The notes: a model not told the origin generated them from the sequence alone. A stretch of 64,000 bases of DNA from Octopus sinensis (GCF_006345805.1 NC_043005.1:43214001-43278000), one strand, 5' to 3'; shown: positions 27,139-40,210, counted from the stretch's first letter. Made by a program: numbers and translations.

Positions 27139-27906
27139 TATTCTCAAACAAGACTACTATTGACATTGATTTCAAAGTTTTGGCCAGTCAAGCCATTGTC
27201 GGACTGTGATGCATTGAAGTTGATCTTGGTTATATATCTGTTGAGTTAAAATCTTCCTTGGGCATATGTGTTTGAGTGGAGTGATTATTAGGTTTTAGGG
27301 TGGGTTATTATGGAGAGATGTTTTTATACTAACCACATAGTATGCAGAACTAATAACCTTCATCTTACAAATAAAAACAGGAAGTATATATTAGTTTATA
27401 TATATATAACAACAAACAAACTGACCAGTTTAAAAATACCACCTACTTATATTCCTTTGTTAGCCCCTAAAAGAATTAGATTACAAAAAAGTTGACACAC
27501 CCAATTAGGAAGGTTTTAAATTCTGGACTTTGTATGTTTGACCTTCTTTACATTGTCAAAGCAAAGGATTAAAACCAAAAATAATTAAACTACTGATACA
27601 TCCTTTAAGTACCTACTGAGAGGAACAGACCTAGATATGCACACTTGCTTGCAAAGTTCTACATATGAGGATAAATTCTAAACAATACCATAACCCTAAA
27701 TTTAATCATTAAAAATTTCTCCAAAGCACCACTCCATAACAACCCACCCTAAAACCTAAAACCACTACAATCAAACCCATATACTGAAGATTTTAACTCG
27801 ACAGAGACTATAAAGCCAAGATTAACTTCAAATTCATTGCAGTCCGACAATGGCTTAACTAACAGTTACTTCAAAGTCACTGTCAACAGTATTCTTGTTT
27901 AAGAAT

Positions 27907-27907
<1 letters not shown>
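27139..27907. mobile_element. Non-autonomous DNA element with ~175-bp terminal inverted repeats
   Basis: 27139-27315 is the reverse complement of 27732-27907 (e.g. 'agccattgtcggact' / 'agtccgacaatggct', 'aaacaagactactattgaca' / 'tgtcaacagtattcttgttt'), roughly 80% identical by eye. The ~415-bp interior is non-coding. Confidence 0.8.
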
Positions 27908-27944
<37 letters not shown>

Positions 27945-28926
27945 ATGTAATGTGCATACACACATCACACATTGACAACTGTGAAGTCGTCATCCCTATA
28001 TTACAAAAAAACAAAAAAAAAACAAAAAAAAAATGGAAGCTGTGCAATAGAATGTTAAAAACAATGTTATAATTTAATAATGTGATAATTTGACTGTGTG
28101 TGACAGGAAACATCATATCAATGGCTTTTTTCACTGATAGTACCTGACATTCCTTTGTAAAGCAGAACAACTAGAATGAATTGCTCTTTTTTTTTTCTCC
28201 CCTCTGCGTTTGTGTTTGTCTAAATGTATAATTGTAACTATAATGTCAGTGCCAAAGATATGCAGCGTGTGTGTATATACCTACATACATACATTCATAC
28301 ATCCATACATGTGTATGTGTGTGCATGTATGTTTTTTTTCTACCTTTATCCCTGGTATATTTTAATGGAAAGGTAATCCAGTATACAAACATCGTATCCA
28401 TAATAGAATATAATCATTTTGCACTTGTCACTCGAGGTATTCGTATAAAAATATCTTGCGTACACCTTTTAATAAGACGCAACATCATTTAGCTGAGATA
28501 CAGCTATGTGGAGATACAACTTATGAGAAGTAGCAGTCACACGTCGCCCCACCCCACCCATACTAGGTTTAAGAGGGATTATTTAATCCTAAGAAGTATT
28601 ATTCAGGAACAAAAAGGAAAAAGACCTAGTCGGTTTGACCATGGCTATTTGTTTGTTCAAATAAGGCTGACCTAGTACTAACATAACATTAAAGACACCA
28701 ACATTTATAATTAGATCTTTATCGCTTATATCTTTTACTTGTTTCAGTCATTAGACTGTGGCCATGCTGGAGCACTGCCTTGAAAATTTTTAGTTAAATA
28801 AATTGACCCCAGTAATTTTTTATTTATTTTCAAGCCTAGTACTTATTCTATCAGGCTCTTTTGCCGAACCAGTAAATTACAGGGATGTAAGCGCACCAAC
28901 ACTGTTTGGCAGTAGTGAGAGACAAA

Positions 28927-28958
<32 letters not shown>

Positions 28959-29043
28959 TGACAGGCTTCTCTCAGTTTCCATCTCTACCAAATCCGCTCA
29001 GTCTTTGGGCAAATGTCTTCTACTATATATTTCTTCTACTATA

Positions 29044-29275
29044 TATTTCTTTACTACCCACAAGGGGCTAATCACAGAGGGAACAAACAAGGACAGACAT
29101 AGGTATTAAGTCGATTACATCGACCCCAGTGCATAACTGGTACTTTATTTATCGACCCCGAAAGGATGAAAGGCAAAGTCGACCTCGGCGGAATTTGAAC
29201 TCAGAACGTAGCGGCAGACGAAATACCGCTAAGCATTTCGCCCAGCGCGCTAACGTTTCTGCCAGCTCGCCGCCT
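29044..29275 (-). mobile_element. Young SINE family B, inserted among family A fragments
   Basis: Near-complete reverse-complement match to 59574-59803, with family A pieces at ~28730-29035 and ~29340-29430. Confidence 0.92.
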
Positions 29276-30448
29276 TATGTTACTTTGTTATTGTTTTGTT
29301 ATAATATATATTAGTTCCAGTGTCTTTCATTAGTTCCAATGTCTTCTACTATAGCCTCATGCCAACCAAAGTGCCATACAGTGCAACTGAACCTGGAACC
29401 ATGTAGCTAGGAACAAATCTTCTTATCACACATTAATCTATATCACTATACAAGCATCTTACATAGATCCTTAGATACTGCCATCTTACACAAGTCTATA
29501 GAAAGACACAACCTTCTTAGTTAGCTCCCTAACTGTAATTACGCAGATAAATTACTGTTAAAAATTAGCTTACACAAATCTATAACTGAATATGCTCACC
29601 TAATACTGATCTATTGAATATAATCACCTTACAGCGATCTGGTGATGGATATAATTACATTACAGTGATCCAGTTCTGGATATAATCACCTGACAGAGAT
29701 AAGTTTGATAGTAATCACTTTAGTAAAACCTAGCGAAGCTTGTTATCATTTCATGTAATTCAAACACTCAATTAGAAAGTAAGTTAGCATAGAGCATCAA
29801 ATAATTAAATAGATTTAGTACAAATGTACACTCTATTGGATTTAATTGTAGTTATTCAAAAATATTACAAAGTTATATCATAGAGTATGAACTAGTTTAG
29901 AAAATGAGCTGCAGATGCATAGTCTTGTGCTGTTAACTTAACTAACTTGCATATTATTAAGTTGCCTTAGAGCATGGACATCTTAGAGGTTTAGTTTGAA
30001 ATATAGTGTGGTGTATATTTAATTGGAAATGTGCAGTTGTCTATCAGCAATGAAGTGTGGGGTTTTTTGCTGTGGGCTGGACTGAAGGTTTCACTCATGG
30101 TTTTCTTAGGTTATTTTAGACTACTAAGACTGATGTAGTTAATGTGTCACTTCAATACTTATGAGTAGAAATGTCCAGAAAGAGCGTGGGGGTGGGGAAT
30201 GAAAAACAACATCCAGAGAGTCGGCATTCTGGGTATTCAGATCAGTGTAGACCAGTGGTTCTCAATAGAAGATTTTGTTGTTAAAATTTATATGTAATAA
30301 CTTGTGTTGTGTCTGGGGAGAGACATTCTCTTTTGGTGCCTTATAAATTTGCTATACTTTTACAATATATAAAATATTTTAACAATTCTTTTTTTATACA
30401 ATTCCTAATAATATTTAATTAGAAAAATATAATAGGAATAAATATAAT

Positions 30449-30905
30449 AGTGAAAGAGGAAGTATGGTGGACCTGTTTGAAAGGACTAAAGATAGACACA
30501 TACCTCTTTGGCCAAGCCCTCATCAACTTTTTCAAGTTTCATTTGAAAAGGAAGTTGAGGGTGGAAAGGGAAGTATTGCCTTGTAGTAAGTTTGTTGAAA
30601 GGTGGGTGAATGTTAGAAGAATGGCCAGTGTGAAAGGACCAATTCTGAGCGTTCACCAGTAAACAAAAGGAGAAGGGCTCTTGCACTGTTGTTCAGTCAC
30701 CCATGGCTTTTGCAGGTTTTTCCAAGAGGTCCTTAAAGTGCCTTCTCTTTTGGGAGTTTTAAATTGTTTAATTTTTAATTATTTATATTGTTTACACATT
30801 TCAAAACTCATTGTATCATCCTGTCTTTTTGTCTTTTATGTTATTGTAAGTCTTTTAATGTAATTTTATGTGAGCCCTTGTGGCCAATAAAAGAATTACT
30901 TATTA
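30449..30905 (+). mobile_element. 5'-truncated L1/Tx1-like LINE 3' end
   Basis: ORF 30450-30662 reads GQALINFFKFHLKRKLRVEREVL..SKFVERW, resembling Tx1-type ORF2 C-termini. It is followed by a T-rich UTR and 'ccttgtggccAATAAAagaatt' plus (ATT)n-like sequence. Confidence 0.6.
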
Positions 30906-31010
30906 TCATTGTTCTTTTTAACTCAGATTTTGTTGGATGCATTGGGGCTTGCTAACTGCAACCTAAAATACATACTATCTTTTCTTTTTCAACTTTTTAA
31001 CACTTATCTG

Positions 31011-31069
<59 letters not shown>

Positions 31070-31072
<3 letters not shown>

Positions 31073-31290
31073 GGTGGTGAGCTGGCTGAATCATTAGCAT
31101 GCTGGGTGAAATGCTTAACAATAAGTATTTCGTCTGTCACTATGTTCGGGGTTCAAATTCCACCAAGGTCAACTTTGCCTTTCATCCTCTTTGGGTCGAT
31201 AAAATAAGTACTAGTTGAGCACTAAGGTCAATGTAATTGACTCATACCCTTCCTGAAAATCTGCTGCCCTTGTGGAAAAATTTGAAATCA
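31070..31290 (+). mobile_element. Older SINE family B copy after an (ATT)n tract
   Basis: 'aaggtggtgagctggctgaatcattagc...ggggttcaaattccacc...gaaaatctgctgcccttgtggaaaaatttgaa'. Confidence 0.8.
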
Positions 31291-31385
31291 TTATTAGTAC
31301 TATTTAATTTTTTTTCCTTCAGTACAAAATAATAACCCCACCAAAGGAAACCAGTTTTTATGTGTGTATTGTTTTCTAACAACAG

Positions 31386-31608
31386 TCTTGCCAAAGCCAT
31401 TAAGTATGCTACAGAAGGGCTGAGCTTCTTTGTTAAGTTGAGAGACATTCTTTGTTTTGAAGAATTCTCAAGCCCACAATTTAATACAGAGAACAAGGGC
31501 TTGACAATTACACAAGGATTAAAGTTCTTTGGTGCAATTACTAGTTTACTAGTTACGACAAGGTTTTGGGAGAGAAACAAATGTAGCTTGAAGTGGTTTG
31601 ACAACTAG
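31386..31608 (+). CDS. Candidate coding exon of unknown identity (LAKAIKYATEGLSFFVKLRDIL...KWFDN*)
   Basis: Good acceptor with a branch-like CTAAC ('tgtattgttttctaacaacag|') and one frame open for ~73 codons in non-repetitive sequence. No recognisable homology; could be a decayed transposable element. Confidence 0.2.
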
Positions 31609-32447
31609 TAGTTGATCCAGGTGTAATGTGCTGTAAAATGGTGTAGATGGTACAGGTGAAGGGATTTATGTGAGGACGGAGGTGTGTGGGCTTGGTAAGA
31701 TGTTTACAGCGTAATAGTTTATGTTGTTGGTGGGGCAGTTGGAACACACACACACACAGGGTTGTATTGTTGCGATATATTTTATGTAAGAGTTTAAGGG
31801 TGTAAAGTTGGGAAATGAAGATTCTTTGTATCTATTGTTGCAATCGTTAGACTTGTGGCCATGCTGGGGCACCACCTTGAAAAGTTTTTTTTGTTTTTAG
31901 TCAAATGAATCGACCACCATATTTTTTTCCCACCCTGCTACTTATTTTATGAGTCTCTTTAGCTGAACTGCTAAGTTACAAGGACATACACGCATCGATA
32001 CTGGTTGTCAAGCAGTAGTGGGGGACATACACACACACACGTATATGTAGGCATATATATATCTCCTAATATAATATGAGCGTGGTGTTTTCATATATTT
32101 GTGTGTATATATATATATATATATATACATATATGTCCAGAATCCTGCTGGACGTGGAGGAGGAGAGAAAATAGTAACTCAGTGAAGGAGGAGTGGTGAG
32201 AGTAATAGCCTTGACTGAGACAGAGAGAGAGATAGTAATAGCAATGAAAGGAATGGCTGAAAAAAATTCAGTGTTTCAAATCTGTGTGAGTATATGTGTA
32301 TGAATGTAAAAGGAAAGTATGTTAATGCTTGTATGTCTGATTATTATGTACCTTATTTATATATAAAATACTACAATTAGTCGTCATTATTGACAGAGTG
32401 TGGTCAGCTAGTATATATATGTAGATAGCGAATCATATGAAGTTAAA

Positions 32448-32542
32448 TATATGTCGAGTTGTAGAGTGACCAATGGTTTCACATCCATAAAGCACTTAAC
32501 CTTATAGACGACTCATCACACTCCAATGACCATGGACATATA
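32448..32542 (-). ncRNA. Type I hammerhead ribozyme motif with a C3G core substitution (probably inactive)
   Basis: Minus strand reads UGGAGU GUGAUGA GUCGUCUAUAAGG uuaagug CUUUAUGGAUGU GAAA CC auu GG UC ACUCUA. Stem I has 6 bp plus a distal 8-bp helix UAUAUGUC/GACAUAUA, stem II has ~12 bp, and the GUC triplet is at 32470-32468. Confidence 0.75.
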
Positions 32543-33427
32543 AGCTCTCTTCAAACTGGAGATAGAAAGCTGTTATATATATATATATGTATATATATAT
32601 CGGTCTATCTATCTATCTATCTATATATATATATATATATTCATACATATATGCTGTGCTTCTTTCAGTTTCCATTTACCAAATCCACTCATAAGACTTT
32701 CGTTGGCCTGAGGCTATAGTAGAAGGTGTCTTGCAGTGGAACTGAACCTGGAACCATTTGGTTGGGAAGCAAACTTTTTACCACATAGCCACGCCTGTGC
32801 CTATTCTCTGAAAGAGATAAAAATGTTCTGCTTGATTCTGGTATAAAAGTTTGTCTTTGACAGGTTTGTTATTTAAACAAATGTTTGGCCTTAAGTATCT
32901 GGAGGTTACCATTTCCATTATTCTATAATTTGATAAATGTGTGACATTTCTTTTGGAGTATATGAAATTATAGCTCTTAAAGCAATATAAAGTTTTCAGT
33001 TTGGAGATGTCGTTTTGTTTATAATTTTTAATGTATATAAACTATGCTGTGTTCTTCAAGTAGACTGCACAAAAAAGCAGGGATCTTTTGCAGTGTTTGT
33101 TTTTTTAAATACTAGAGATAAGTATGTTATGATATTTGACAAACTTATCAGAGAGCTGTAGATAGTTCATTTTTGTGTTTTTGTGCAGATGAAAGGTAGA
33201 ACAAAACTTGAAACAAGGCTGGCGATCAGTAAAGCATGTTATAGTGTAGTTTCAAAGGGCATTTCAGTTATTATCTGATCAGTTCAAGGATTCAGTGTTA
33301 GTTGCATGATCGCATCGGCAATCTGAGTGTCTCTTACAATGTTTACTTCTGCTGCTACTGCTGTTGCAGTTGCTGTTGCTACTACTAACTACTACTACTA
33401 CTACTACATTTGATTATATATTTTATG

Positions 33428-33458
<31 letters not shown>

Positions 33459-33735
33459 TACTGACAAAGGATGATTGGGTCAGCCTATCCACTTATCCTT
33501 TTGTGCCAGGGAAAGAACACACATACACACAAGCCTCATCCATTCCCCCTATGCACATACACACACTCTTTCTTTGTCAATTGAGATTCTGGTATTTTTA
33601 CAGTTTTAAACATTAACATCCTTATTCTTTCACGACTTTTTCCCAACATGCAAGTGCAAAAATGGCTCCAACTGTTCCAGTGTTGAAGTGGCATAGGTTT
33701 TCATTTCCCAAATGGTTAATAGAGAACATATCAAA

Positions 33736-34178
33736 TCAACCCTTTTGTTAACATATTTCTGTTGAAATACACTGCTTTGGTTTCAGTTAATTTTGAAAAT
33801 AAAGAAAAAGATTTACAAAATAATTTTGTCTAGGAAACTGGTGTTTGGAACATAAAAGGGGGAAATGAAAAGATCTTGGCTTTGGGTAAAACAAAATACA
33901 AGAGGATCAGTTATGATTTGACTCAACATATTCTCCTCTTAGATTCACATACTTATTGCAGAAGTCCTCCAGCGTTTCTAAGCTCTGTAAAAAGAACTCA
34001 GAAGGTTGGAACTCCTACCAGCCCTTTCATGATACCCTTAAAGCCAGGAACTTTTCAGCCTCCTTGTAAATTAACATAAAATTTTGACAGAAGGCTTTAA
34101 TTAAGATTACTTTAAAATTGGAAGACTGTATCATAGAACTAGGTGTGATTTCAGGTGGATTGGTATCAAAAGGGTTAA
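33736..34178. mobile_element. TTAA-type MITE interrupted by a mariner-type MITE (33877-34068)
   Basis: Ends 'tcaacccttttgtt' and 'atcaaaagggttaa' match the family at ~62289-62509. The interior 33877-34068 matches 38144-38362. Confidence 0.55.
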
Positions 34179-36036
34179 TGTAATAAAGTTTTTTGTATCT
34201 CCTTCCAAATTACCGAAGATCAGATTCCTATGAAAAATGCCCTAAGACAAAAAAAAATCACTCACAAAAAAAAAAGAAAAAAAAACAAGAAACTTGTTAC
34301 CTTTTATTTGACTGAGACTGTTTACTACATTTTTTTTAATTAGTTTTTTGCTAAGAATATTAAAGTTTTAATGGCAATCATTAGAAAACTGAAATCTGAA
34401 AGGCATGCATATTTTATCACATTTCTCTGTTTCTGGACCAAAAGTTGATTTGAGCTAAGATAGTCACCAGTTAGTGAGGAAAAGTAACTCTTGAAACAGA
34501 AGACTGTCTTTGGCAAATGATATTTATGCTATACTCTTGAAGTATAATCTATTTCATTTGGACAGATCTGATGGCTTTATAATATTTGGTAATTCTGCTA
34601 GTGAAAGGTACTTATGAAGAAAACTTTTAAAGATCTCATAACAGATGAGCTTGCCATTGTTCATCTTGCATAAAGAAGCATGTCGGCTGCTGCCATTGTT
34701 GCTTATATTACCATTTTTATGTTGGTGTTTCTCATATATCTTTGTGCCTAGTTATTTTAAGATATATGAAGGAACATTTTAAACTGAAGTGGTGGGTGTT
34801 ATGAAATCTATTTAGCTATAAAAAAAAGTGTTTCTAATAACGGATGCAAATATCTAAATTTCCATAATCATTCAAGACAAAATGTTTTTGTTTGGACACC
34901 ATAGCATCTCATAAATTTCAGCTTCTTTGAAATGATTTGTCTTCTCTTTGAAGCTGTTCCATTTTCTGTCATATCTATTCAGTCACTACCAACCTAATTA
35001 ATTCAGCTGCTGATATTGCCTCACTTTCCCCACTACCTTTCCTTCAAATATTATGTTGTCCACTGCTAACTTCAGTCACATTACCTGTGACATTTATTAT
35101 TTTCAATTGAAATGCAATAATTTAATAGCAACATGAAATAAAAAGAAGCCTCTCTTTCTGCGACAAGCTTCCAACTACACATATTAAAACGAACTGTCTC
35201 AAGTAACGCTGTCTGAAAGTGTTGTAATGTTAGCATTGCAATTAACAGTGCCAAAAGCACATTGCTTTCTTTCTAGGATCAATAATGGTAAAGATATATT
35301 TTTGATCCTTTTGAAAGGCAAAATACATTCATCATTGGAATACTATTTCTATATCTGAGATGAGACATCCTTTTCTTTTAGGATATACTAAATGAATCAA
35401 AAACAAGGCCAGTATAATGATAACCCTTTACTTACTGTTTTTCAAAAATTCTCAGATATCTTATAAGAATATTGCTGATTCCTATTTAAAAAAAAGCAAA
35501 TCTAAGCATTCAGTTATCCTCAAAGAATATATATTTGTAAATGAGCCTAATTTTTCAGACTTATATCTGTTATAACACTTTTGCTGCAAACCTTTTCCCA
35601 TGCGCTATAAGATTTTGTGACTTACTACATTCTTTGAAACATAACCCAGAATCTCTAACCAAATAGTCTAGATTATATTAGAACTGAATATTGATGTAGT
35701 CACCAATGTCATTTTGTAAAAAGTGTTGTTTTTTTTTTAATGTGGGTCTGTTGTTGAAATATATTTACAAATTTTAGCTTATTTGCTGTATTTGTATATA
35801 ACAACATGGTACTAAATATGTTTAGATATGTAAAAGTACGCCTAAGACAATAGCCTTCTTATTTAGCACGCATTAAAGAAAATAAAAATCTATGCTACTA
35901 AATATTGAATATTTATATATCAATACTAGTTTCTGTTAAAATGCATATGTACGCACATTGTACGCATGCAGTCATGTAGTGCTTTAACTGATGCAAATTG
36001 TGTGCATACAGGAAAGTGTTGTGCTCTGAAATTTGA

Positions 36037-36075
<39 letters not shown>

Positions 36076-37169
36076 GAAAGCTTTAACTGATAGCTTAGTC
36101 ACATGAGTTTGATGAAGCTGTTGGAGGCAGTTTTGTTAAGGAATATGTGTTTGGCATTGTAACCACTGTTTTCTTACACCAAAGCTACTCTCAGCTGACT
36201 GCACACTACATTAATGATATCTGTATAGAGTGCAATGTTGCAGAATTCTTTGTTACAAAGCATCGTTGCCATATTTGTAATTCCTACATAGAAAAAGAGA
36301 ATACAAGTATTTGCACAGCCATTATTAAGTAGAGAGAATGATATATATTTATTATGATGTAATTACATTCACAACTTGATGTTGAATTAATTATTTATAT
36401 TTGATGATAGTTTAAAAACACATGAGAAAAATTAGCTAAATTCCTGAGGTCAATTCCTCAAATTCTCTTAGGAAATTTTCTGCTTGTCTATTATCAAGAG
36501 TTTAGAACTGAAATTCTCTTCCATTCTTCATTCCTTGTGCTTTCTTAACGGTTGAGAAAAACTAGGCATTCCGTTTCCTTCTAGAATTCTTTTAGTACAT
36601 TTGTTGTTTTGTAGTTATTTTAGGACTGAAGTGAAAATGGTGAAGTTGACATGGGTCATATCTACTGCAAAAACTTCTTACTCAGGGTTAATTATTGGCT
36701 GAAATAGACTGGCATCATATCTAGTGAATGTATGTCCTTTATTAAAACATTTATTGATGAATCCAAAGTAAAGCAGATGCATTGCTTAGCTCTAAGCCAG
36801 ATCTGATCTAGCAGATTCAGTTGTTCCATTAGTGACCATCCCATCTATGCCAGTTAGGGACTACGTTGTCATCTTTAAAAAAAAAAAAGTAGTGAAGAGC
36901 ACATTGAGTTAAAGTGAGACCAGAAGGGAATTTGGCTGCTATTTCTAGCTGCTCCAGTGACCACATAAAGGTTCCACTTGTTGGCTTATCAGCTACTTGA
37001 AAATTTATTCTCTGTGGTTTCACGAAGCATTACTTCAATGGAGAAGGCAACTAAAGAATCTGAATATAATCTCAGCTTGAACTTTATTAAAAACAAATCA
37101 ATCAATGCTTGTCAGACAATTAAGCTAAAAATGAACACGCACACACATACACATACACACGTGCATGCA

Positions 37170-37200
<31 letters not shown>

Positions 37201-37465
37201 CCATGTCCACAGTATGCCTATTCAGAGTAGTAATCTTAGTTGTAGAGTAAATAATTACACTTTGCGTCCTTATTAAGGATTTTTGAATCCTGTTTGAAAC
37301 TTTAAACAGAGAGAGAGAGAGAGAGAGAGAGGAGGTAGTGGGGCAGAATTTGTGAGGCTGCATCTAGTTTGAGGCTCTAAGTTTGCTGTTGAGATATTTT
37401 TTTCTTAAATTGACTTCAAAATCTAGATCAAGATACACATGTGTGTCTATATTTATATGTGTGTG

Positions 37466-37511
<46 letters not shown>

Positions 37512-37512
<1 letters not shown>

Positions 37513-37811
37513 GAGGCACAATGGCCCAGTGGTTAGGGCAGTGGACTCGCGGTTGTAGGATCGTGGTTTTGATTCCCAGACCGGGCGTTGTGAGTGTATA
37601 TTGAGCGAAAGCACCTAAAGCTCCACGAGGCTCCGGCAAGGGATGGTGGCGATCCCTGTTGTACTCTTTCGCCACAACTTTCTCTCACTCTTTCTTCTGT
37701 TGGTCTGCTCACTTAACCAACGGGGTGGCGTCATTTGAAGGCTAAAACAATGCGAAGCGCATTGTGACCAGCGATGTGTAGCAACATGATAGCCTGGTCG
37801 GTCACGGTGAT
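37512..37811 (+). mobile_element. Young tRNA-derived SINE family F (second 3' fragment at ~38012-38125)
   Basis: Head 'ggaggcacaatggcccagtggttagggcagtggactcgcgg...gttttgattccc', CpG-rich. The tail 'gatagcctggtcggtcacggtgat' is repeated at ~38102-38125. Confidence 0.85.
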
Positions 37812-38143
37812 ATATATATCAAATGATGCTGATGGTTGTACATAAACCATCAACATCATTTAACATCCATTTTCCATGTTGGCATGGGTTGGAGTGTTTG
37901 GTAGGAGCTGGTAATGCCAGGTGGGGTCACACCAGGCTCCCTTGTCTGTTTTGCCATGGTTTCTATGGCTGGATGCCCTTCCTAAAAGCAACCACTTTTC
38001 CAGAGTCTACATTGGCCTGCTCGCTTAGCCAGCGGGGTGGTGTCATTTGAAGGCTAAAACAATGCAAAGCGCATTGTGACCAGTGATGTGTAGCAACATT
38101 TGATAGCCTGGTCGGTCACGGTGATCACATATATACATACATA

Positions 38144-38362
38144 TGACGGGGTGCTGAAAAGTTCCTGGTTTTGGATAAAAGAAAATACAGGAGGATCAGT
38201 TAATTATGATTTTATACAACATATTCCTCTCTCAGGTTCACACATGTAATGTGTAGTCATCCTTCAGGTTTCCTAAGCCCTGTAAAAGAACTCGGAGGGT
38301 CGGGCTTCCAACCAGGCCTTTCACAAAACCCTTAAAGTCAGCAAATTTTCAGCATCCCCTCA
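38144..38362. mobile_element. Tc1/mariner-type MITE with TA target
   Basis: Left TIR TGACGGGGTGCTGAAAAGTT, right TIR (reverse complement) TGAGGGGATGCTGAAAATTT, with TA on both sides. Confidence 0.85.
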
Positions 38363-39522
38363 TATATTTCTCTGTGTGTGTGTGTGTGTGTGTGTGTGTT
38401 TATGTATAGGTACATATATGCATGAAGGAAAGTGTTTGTCTTTACATGGTTAGAACTGAACCCACATCACTGCCTTCCATAGGAAATTATGTAAGAGGTT
38501 ACAGAAATTTGTTTTATCATAATTCATTAATTAATTATCTCTCCAATCATTGCTCATAAAGCTAGACATATTTATTGCAGAAATAGAATAGAGAAACACA
38601 CATAGAGATACGGTTTCGCACACACATACGCCACACACACGAACACACGTACACGCACACACACACACACACACACACCACACACACACACACACGCACA
38701 CACTACATACACACCACACGAATACACACACACGCGAAATTACTCCTGGTTTGTTTCTTTTTCTTGCTTAACTTCCTTCAGACTTGACTTGTCTAAAATA
38801 TCAATTACAGGAAAATACTGATTAAAAAAATGAAAAAAGGAGAAAACTAAAACTAGAACAAAAAAAAAAAATAAAGCAAAAAAAAAAAGAAAAACAAACC
38901 CATTCTGTTATTTCCTTCGTGTGCGTGCGTGCGCTTGTGTGTGTGTGCATGCGTGCGCTTGTGTACGTGTGCGTGCGTGTGTGCGTAAGTTTTTCATTGG
39001 GTTGTACAGATTCCTACTTTTGTAATTCATATGTATAGCCTGTAGCTCTTCCTTGCATTTTTAACCTTTTAAAACATAGTTTTCAGCTGCAAGCTGATGT
39101 TATTACTCTCTAACATTGATACCAGTCAAAGTTGAGGAAAAAAAAAAAAATAATTAATAAAGAAAACAAACAAGCAAACAAGAAATAAATGCTAATATAA
39201 AAATTTAAAGAAAAAAAAAAACATACACATAAATATTTTTATGTTGATTTTTCTTTTATTTTTCTCTTTTTTTTCTTCCCTCCTTCCTCTCTGTACTCTC
39301 CTTCTATTTATCTATTTATCTTTCTCTCTCTCTTTCTGTTTCACTTCAGTTTGCTTACCTTTGTTGTAAGTTTATATTATATAGATAAAAAAAAAAAAAC
39401 TAATAAATTTTTCCAAAACCTGTTGATTTTACCTTTTAACAATAGTTGTGCGGATGTACCTATCTCCTCTTTTAAAGTATCATAGAAACGGCACTCTTGT
39501 CTATTCTTCCTCCACATTACAG

Positions 39523-39549
39523 GGGTTCTTCAAAAATCCAAAGATAAAG
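39523..39549 (+). CDS. Candidate 27-nt frame-preserving microexon (GFFKNPKIK or VLQKSKDK frame)
   Basis: ctcttgtctattcttcctccacattacAG|GGGTTCTTCAAAAATCCAAAGATAAAG|GTAAGA: pyrimidine tract, CAG acceptor, strong donor, length divisible by 3. Host gene not identified. Confidence 0.35.
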
Positions 39550-39720
39550 GTAAGAACAGATTATGTAGAATATTGGGATTCTCAACCAAAAGATTATGAA
39601 TTCATTTGCCAATCCATGGAACCCAGCGTATTTAATTGAATCACTTTCTATGGCATTTAACTATCAAGATTTTGTGGAAAAGAAATATTTGTTAAATATC
39701 CATTACGTATTTGTTTTCGT

Positions 39721-40043
39721 GAAGGCACGTGGCTTAGTGGTTAGGGCATTTGGCTCACGATTGTAAGGTTGTGAGTTCGATTCCCAGTGACGCGTTGTGT
39801 CCTTGAGCAAGACACTTTATTTCACGTTGCTCCAGTCCACTCAGCTAGCGAAAATGATTAGTACCTGTATTTCAAAGGGCCAGCCTTGTCACACTCTGTG
39901 TCACGCTGAATCTCCCTGAACACTACGATAGGGGTACGCGTGTCTGTGGATTGCTCAGTCACTTGCATGCTAATTTCATGGGCAGGCTGTTCCATTGATC
40001 GTATCAGCTGGGACCCTTGTCATCGTAACCAACGGAGTGCTCC
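39721..40043 (+). mobile_element. Full-length SINE family D
   Basis: Box A GTGGCTTAGTGG, box B GAGTTCGATTCC, core 'gttgtgtccttgagcaagacactttatttcacgttgctccagtccactcagct'. Confidence 0.9.
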
Positions 40044-40210
40044 TATATTTGTTTTCAGTAACAAAATCTTATTTATTGAAATATGGAAACATTTCTATGA
40101 ATCTAGTATCAGGTATTCTACTAATATTTTTGTAGGGTTAACACTATTGTGAAAGGAGAGGATGGAAGAGGTGTAAGAGAGAAAGAGGGCAAAGTACCAG
40201 GAGTTGGTAA

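Noticed and set aside
39721-39790. tRNA-like sequences (also at 411, 13453, 22356, 37512, 41961)
   Set aside because: They have box A/B but no complete cloverleaf or acceptor stem, and they run directly into SINE bodies. These are SINE heads, not tRNA genes.
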